A stretch of 58,537 bases of DNA, from assembly GCA_036497525.1 (NCBI GenBank), contig DASXJG010000071.1, positions 1-58,537 on the forward strand, given 5' to 3'. The notes under the pieces are model-generated. The model saw only the letters and a list, made by a program, of their open reading frames with translations. It did no database searches and was not told the DNA's origin. Origin of the DNA: Gaiellaceae bacterium (GTDB lineage: Bacteria; Actinomycetota; Thermoleophilia; Gaiellales; Gaiellaceae). This document shows, piece by piece, positions 54,090 through 58,537 of this stretch (its first letter is position 1; the number at the start of each line of letters is the position of its first letter). The translations under genes were made by a program, and so were the position numbers.

Positions 54090-54659
54090 CTAGGACGCGG
54101 CGGCCCGCTGCCAGGTGTCCCAGCCCTCGGCCCAGGTCTCGACGAAGAGCTGCGCCGCAACCGGGTCGAACTGGGTTCCGGCTCCGTGCTCCACTTCGGC
54201 CAGCGCATGCTCATGCGTGAGCGCACGGCGGTAGGGGCGCGGCGAGATCATTGCGTCGAAGGCGTCGGCGATGGCGAGAATCCGCGCCTCGATCGGGATT
54301 CCGCGTCCACTCAGCCCCGCCGGGTAGCCGTCGCCGTCCCAGCGCTCGTGGTGGAAGAGGACGTACGGAAGCGCCTCGTGGAACCTCCGCAGCGGCAGCA
54401 CGAGTCGTGCGCCGGCGGTCGGATGCCTCCTGATCTCGGCCACCTCGTCGAGCGTGAGCGGGCCGGGCTTCCAGAGCACCTGCGGCCGCACCTTCACCTT
54501 GCCGACGTCGTGGAGCGGCGCCGCGCGGCGAAGAGACTTGACCCGCTGGCTGTCCCAGCCGAGCTGCACCGCAACCGGCTCGGCCAACGCCGCGACGCGG
54601 GCGCCGTGGCCCAGGGTCTGGTCGCGTTGCTCGAGCGCGCGGGCGATGGAGGCCAGCAT
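54090..54659 (-). CDS. Stand-alone HD-GYP domain protein (putative cyclic-di-GMP phosphodiesterase)
   Basis: Motifs HGARVA, LHDVGK, HHERWDGDGYP and ADAFDAM. Confidence 0.8.
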   Translation of the reverse strand: MLASIARALEQRDQTLGHGARVAALAEPVAVQLGWDSQRVKSLRRAAPLHDVGKVKVRPQVLWKPGPLTLDEVAEIRRHPTAGARLVLPLRRFHEALPYVLFHHERWDGDGYPAGLSGRGIPIEARILAIADAFDAMISPRPYRRALTHEHALAEVEHGAGTQFDPVAAQLFVETWAEGWDTWQRAAAS

Positions 54660-54692
54660 GCCCGGACGGATTCCGCACCCGTGCGCAGACTC

Positions 54693-55193
54693 CTACTTCC
54701 AGATTCCGCCGATCGGCGTGCCCCTGCGGGAGAAGCCGAGCCGCGGCAAGCGCCACGCGTCCTCGGCGAAGCCACGGTAGGGAAGATCCTCGGCGTACGT
54801 CTTCCAGGTCTTCCCGGCGGCGGGGAGCGTGTCCGCGAGGCTGCGGGCCCGGACGACGCAGTCGGTGCAGTCACTCGTGATCCCATGCGTCGAGGCGGAG
54901 ACGAGCGCGAGGTAGTTGGGCAGACTGGGATGGGCGACCGCCGTGTAGTCCGTCAACCGCGCATACCGTCGTGCGAGCGCGTTGAAGGTCGGGGCTGTGG
55001 GATTCCCGGCGATCGACGTCGCTTCCCGGTTCTCGAACACGACGAGGACGACGTGCGTGAAGTCCGGCACCCACACCGACGGCGGAGCAGTTGCCGGGAC
55101 GGTTGCGCCCGCCGAGCCGCCGCCGCATCCGGAAGCGACGACTACGACCGCGAGTCCAAGGAGTGCGAGCCGCCCGACTACAGCCGGCTTTCC
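54693..55193 (-). pseudogene. Truncated phosphoesterase-family (PF04185-like) lipoprotein gene remnant
   Basis: Lipobox VVASGC, then HVVLVVFENR, HPSLPNYLALVS and GKTWKTYAEDLP. The protein then ends about 30 aa later, without the C-terminal half usual for this family. No canonical start exists between the signal peptide and the dedA stop, and the only in-frame starts overlap dedA by more than 150 nt. Confidence 0.45.
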
Positions 55194-55768
55194 AGCCGCT
55201 TCCTCCCGGCACGCGTGAGGAAGAAGCCGATCACGATGGCAGCCACGATCACGACCGCGGCGTAGATCCCGTACCGCTGGATCGCATCGGCAGCTGCATT
55301 CCCGGCGTAGTACGCGACGAGCCCGACCGAGACGGCCCAGCAAATTCCTCCGAGGGCATTCCAGAACAGGAACTTCCACCAGGGCATCTTTCCCAGGCCG
55401 GCCGCCCAGGCCGCCGTGTACCGGAGAACCGTGACGAAGCGGCCGACGAAGACCACGATGGGGCCGTGCCGCGCCATCAGCCGCTCGGTCGCCGGCAGGA
55501 AGCGCTCGGAGTAGCGGCGTAGCGGCCCCCAGCGCTCGAACAAGGCCCGGCCGCCGTAGCGCCCGATCAGCCAGTAGCCGAGGTTGTCTCCGATGATCGC
55601 GGCCGCGGCGGCAACGGCGATGACCAACCAGATCGAGTAGTGCCCCTGGGACGCGAGCACGCCGAAGGCGATCAGCGCCGTCTCGCCGGGCAGCGGGACG
55701 CCGAATGACTCGAGCATCACGACCGCGAACAGCAGAGGGAGACCATGGGTCGTGAAGAAGTGCGTCAC
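55178..55768 (-). CDS. DedA family membrane protein
   Basis: Start trimmed to GTG 55768. Motifs LESFGVPLPGETAL, IGDNLGYWIG-type IIGDNLGYWLIGRYGG, and VFVGRFVTVLR. Confidence 0.8.
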   Translation of the reverse strand: MTHFFTTHGLPLLFAVVMLESFGVPLPGETALIAFGVLASQGHYSIWLVIAVAAAAAIIGDNLGYWLIGRYGGRALFERWGPLRRYSERFLPATERLMARHGPIVVFVGRFVTVLRYTAAWAAGLGKMPWWKFLFWNALGGICWAVSVGLVAYYAGNAAADAIQRYGIYAAVVIVAAIVIGFFLTRAGRKRLESRL

Positions 55769-55789
55769 GGTACGTAGGCTATTCGCCGG

Positions 55790-56875
55790 ATGAGGGTCGG
55801 CATTCCGCGCGAGACGACGCAAGGCGAGCGCCGGGTCGCGCTCGTTCCCGAGACCGTCGGCAAGCTCGCGGCGGGTGGCTTCGAGCTCGTCGTGGAGGCC
55901 GGCGCCGGCACTGCAGCGTCGTTTCCCGACGACGCGTACGCCGAAGCCGGCGCGACTGTCGGGGATCCGTGGGACGCCGACGGCGTCGTCAAGGTGCGCA
56001 AGCCGTCGGCCGAGGAGCTTGGGCGGCTTCGTGAGGGGCAGCTGCTGATCGGCTTCCTCGAGCCGCTCGCAGACCCGTCCGGGATCGAGGCGCTCGCGGG
56101 CCGCGGCGTGACGGCGTTCGCAATGGAGTCGATTCCGCGGATCACGCGGGCGCAGGCGATGGACGCGCTCTCGTCTCAGGCGACGGTGGGCGGCTACAAG
56201 GCGGCGCTCCTCGCTGCCGAGCAGCTGCCGCGCTTCTTCCCCATGCTCATGACGGCCGCCGGCACCGTCCCCCCTGCGAAGGTGCTCGTGATCGGGGCGG
56301 GCGTGGCGGGGCTGCAGGCGATCGCGACCGCTCGGCGGCTGGGGGCCGTGACGACCGGCTTCGACGTCCGTCCCGTCGTCCGCGAGCAGATCGAGAGCCT
56401 GGGCGCGAACTGGCTCGACCTCGGCGTGACGGGCGCCGAGGCGGAAGGCGGCTACGCGCGCGAGCTCACGCCCGGGGAGATGGAGGCGCAGCAGCAAGCC
56501 CTCGAGGGACGGATCGCGGACTTCGACAGCGTGATCACGACCGCAGCCGTCCCGGGCCGGCCGGCGCCGAAGATCATCCCGGCCTCAGCCGTCGAGGCGA
56601 TGCGGCCCGGCTCGGTGATCGTCGACCTCGCCGCCGAGAGCGGCGGCAACTGCGAGCTGACACAGGCGGGCGAGATCGTCGAGCGCTCCGGCGTCACGCT
56701 CGTGGGCCTGACGAACCTTCCGAGCACGATGCCGTACCACGCATCGACGCTCTACTCGCGCAACATCCAGGCGCTCCTCCTGCACCTTGCGCCCGAGGGC
56801 GAGCTCGAGCTCGACTGGAGCGACGAGATCACGAGCGGCGCCTGCGTGGCCGGCAAGCAAGAGGTCGCGGCTTGA
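55790..56875 (+). CDS. pntAA: NAD(P) transhydrogenase subunit alpha, part 1
   Basis: Begins RVGIPRET..GERRVAL. Contains SIPRITRAQAMDALSSQA and the Rossmann motif VLVIGAGVAGLQAI. Confidence 0.9.
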   Translation: MRVGIPRETTQGERRVALVPETVGKLAAGGFELVVEAGAGTAASFPDDAYAEAGATVGDPWDADGVVKVRKPSAEELGRLREGQLLIGFLEPLADPSGIEALAGRGVTAFAMESIPRITRAQAMDALSSQATVGGYKAALLAAEQLPRFFPMLMTAAGTVPPAKVLVIGAGVAGLQAIATARRLGAVTTGFDVRPVVREQIESLGANWLDLGVTGAEAEGGYARELTPGEMEAQQQALEGRIADFDSVITTAAVPGRPAPKIIPASAVEAMRPGSVIVDLAAESGGNCELTQAGEIVERSGVTLVGLTNLPSTMPYHASTLYSRNIQALLLHLAPEGELELDWSDEITSGACVAGKQEVAA

Positions 56876-57186
56876 GCCACAACACCCTGCTCGTCTTCGA
56901 GGTCACGATTCTGGTCCTCGCGATCTTCCTCGGCTTCGAGGTGATCTCGAAGGTGCCGACGCTGCTGCACACGCCCCTGATGTCGGGCACGAACGCGATC
57001 CACGGCATCGTGATCGTCGGCGCGATGATCGTGCTCGGCGTCGATCACAAGGACACGTTCACGTGGGTGATCGGGTTCGTTGCCGTCGTGCTCGCTTCCG
57101 CGAACGTCGTCGGCGGCTTCGTGGTCACCGACCGGATGCTCGAGATGTTCAAGAAGCGCGAGCCGCCGAAGCCGGACGAGAAGTGA
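56872..57186 (+). CDS. pntAB: NAD(P) transhydrogenase subunit alpha, part 2 (membrane)
   Basis: TTG start overlaps the pntAA stop. 104 aa with three TM helices, and the motif LHTPLMSGTNAIHGIV. Confidence 0.85.
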   Translation: MSHNTLLVFEVTILVLAIFLGFEVISKVPTLLHTPLMSGTNAIHGIVIVGAMIVLGVDHKDTFTWVIGFVAVVLASANVVGGFVVTDRMLEMFKKREPPKPDEK

Positions 57187-58537
57187 GCTCGAACACCGCC
57201 AACCTGCTCTACCTGATCACGATCGTCACGTTCATCCTCGCGCTGCGCGACCTCTCCAACCCGGCCAGCGCACGGCGCGGCGTTCAGATCGGGGCGGCAG
57301 GGATGGTGCTCGCCGTCGTCGTCACCTGGATCCGGATCGGGACCACCAGCTGGTGGGCGATCGCGCTCGGGATGCTGATCGGCGGCGGCTCCGGCGCCGT
57401 CGCGGCCCGCAAGGTGCGCATGACGGCGATGCCGCAGATGGTTGCGCTCTTCAACGGCGTCGGCGGCGGCGCAGCGGCGCTGATCGCACTCGCGGAGCTG
57501 CACCGCATCCTCCCTCCCCCGGGCACGCCGACGGACGACGTCTCGCTCGCGATCGTCCTCTCCGCGCTGATCGGCGCGATCTCCTTCTCCGGCTCGATGG
57601 TCGCGTTCGCCAAGCTCCAGGAGCTGATCCAGGGCCGGCCGATCACCTATCCGGGCCAGCAGTTCGTCAACGGCGCAATCTTCCTCACGGCGCTCGGCCT
57701 CGGCCTCGCGCTGGTGGCGGGCGTGCAGGACCAGTGGCTTCTCTGGGCGCTGGTCGCGCTCGCGCTCGCGTTCGGTGTCCTCTTCGTGCTCCCGATCGGC
57801 GGTGCCGACATGCCCGTAGTGATCTCGCTGCTCAACGCGTTCACGGGCCTGGCCGTAGCCGCCAGCGGCTTCGAGCTCGAGAACAACGTCCTGATCGTGA
57901 GCGGCATGCTCGTCGGCGCCTCGGGGACGCTGCTGACCGTGATGATGGGCCGCGCGATGAACCGCTCGATCGCGAACGTGCTCTTCGGCGCGTTCGGCAA
58001 GATCCAGGAGAGCGGAGCGGCTGCCGCGTCGGACACGGACGGCGGCAGCGTCCGGAGCGCGAACGCGGAGGACGTGGCGGTCATGCTCGCGTACGCCCAC
58101 AAGGTCGTGTTCGTGCCCGGGTACGGGCTCGCCGTCGCGCAGGCGCAGCACGACCTGCACCAGCTCGCAGATCAGCTCGAGTCGAAGGGCGTCGAGGTCT
58201 CGTATGCGATTCACCCCGTCGCCGGCCGCATGCCGGGCCACATGAACGTGCTCCTCGCCGAGGCCAACGTGCCGTACGACGAGCTGCACGAGCTGGACGA
58301 GGCGAACGGGGAGTTTCCGCGCACCGACGTCGTGGTCGTGGTCGGCGCGAACGACGTCGTCAACCCCGACGCCCGCAACAACCAGGGATCGCCGATCTAC
58401 GGGATGCCGATCCTCAACGTCGACGACGCGCAGGCAGTCGTCGTCCTCAAGCGCTCGATGAACCCGGGCTTCGCCGGGATCGAGAACCCGCTCTTCTACA
58501 ACCCGAAGACGGTGATGCTGTTCGGGGACGCGAAGGC
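57183..58537 (+). CDS. pntB: NAD(P) transhydrogenase subunit beta; 3' end lies beyond the window
   Basis: GTG 57183 overlaps the pntAB stop (GTGA). The frame stays open to the window end. TM domain is followed by an NADP(H) domain (VPGYGLAVAQAQH, AIHPVAGRMPGHMNVLLAEA, GANDVVNP). Confidence 0.9.
   Translation, partial: MSSNTANLLYLITIVTFILALRDLSNPASARRGVQIGAAGMVLAVVVTWIRIGTTSWWAIALGMLIGGGSGAVAARKVRMTAMPQMVALFNGVGGGAAALIALAELHRILPPPGTPTDDVSLAIVLSALIGAISFSGSMVAFAKLQELIQGRPITYPGQQFVNGAIFLTALGLGLALVAGVQDQWLLWALVALALAFGVLFVLPIGGADMPVVISLLNAFTGLAVAASGFELENNVLIVSGMLVGASGTLLTVMMGRAMNRSIANVLFGAFGKIQESGAAAASDTDGGSVRSANAEDVAVMLAYAHKVVFVPGYGLAVAQAQHDLHQLADQLESKGVEVSYAIHPVAGRMPGHMNVLLAEANVPYDELHELDEANGEFPRTDVVVVVGANDVVNPDARNNQGSPIYGMPILNVDDAQAVVVLKRSMNPGFAGIENPLFYNPKTVMLFGDAK

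Overview
This is a 58.5-kb window with very high G+C, roughly 70% by eye. Gene content looks like an actinobacterial-type chromosome, which is an inference. Coding density is about 90%. I support about 58 protein genes, one tRNA-Leu(UAA), one fluoride riboswitch, three strong intergenic hairpins at convergent gene ends, and two or three decayed genes. I saw no rRNA, CRISPR array, transposase or integrase. Many long Arg/Pro/Gly-rich ORFs in the track are antisense shadows of real genes and were discarded. Several listed ORFs were trimmed to internal starts that fit RBS position and homology. Content from left to right: (1) a LAL/LuxR regulator followed by an eight-gene co-directional array, comprising an F420-type reductase, an MFS pump, two tandem MBL hydrolases, an isochorismatase-type hydrolase, an AlkA-type glycosylase and a fused DrrA-DrrB-like ABC pump; (2) envelope and redox genes (FMN reductase, HtrA-like protease, DyP peroxidase, ABC exporter); (3) a copper/redox neighbourhood with a CopC-CopD fusion, a COG4315 lipoprotein, an orphan receiver, a NarL-type regulator, a soluble histidine kinase with five tandem GAF domains, a rhodanese-CBS gene and a PQQ-like propeller fused to a cupredoxin; (4) a lower-GC patch of tiny ORFs; (5) two-component, DsbB/DsbA, RmuC, eRF1/Vms1-like, TrxB, CorA and CrcB genes, an AddAB-Nth operon, topoisomerase IB and PntAA/AB/B. 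The most interesting candidate is the rhodanese-CBS gene. It has a single in-frame TGA inside the rhodanese active-site loop, followed immediately by a 14-bp SECIS-like hairpin, so it is either a selenoprotein or a very recent pseudogene. Other notable items are the 5 x 501-bp GAF repeat array, the propeller-cupredoxin fusion, the bacterial Vms1/eRF1-like protein, the TopIB plus zinc-ribbon/AT-hook pair, and the glycosylase-plus-efflux array. All functional calls come from motif and family recognition by eye. No database search was run.
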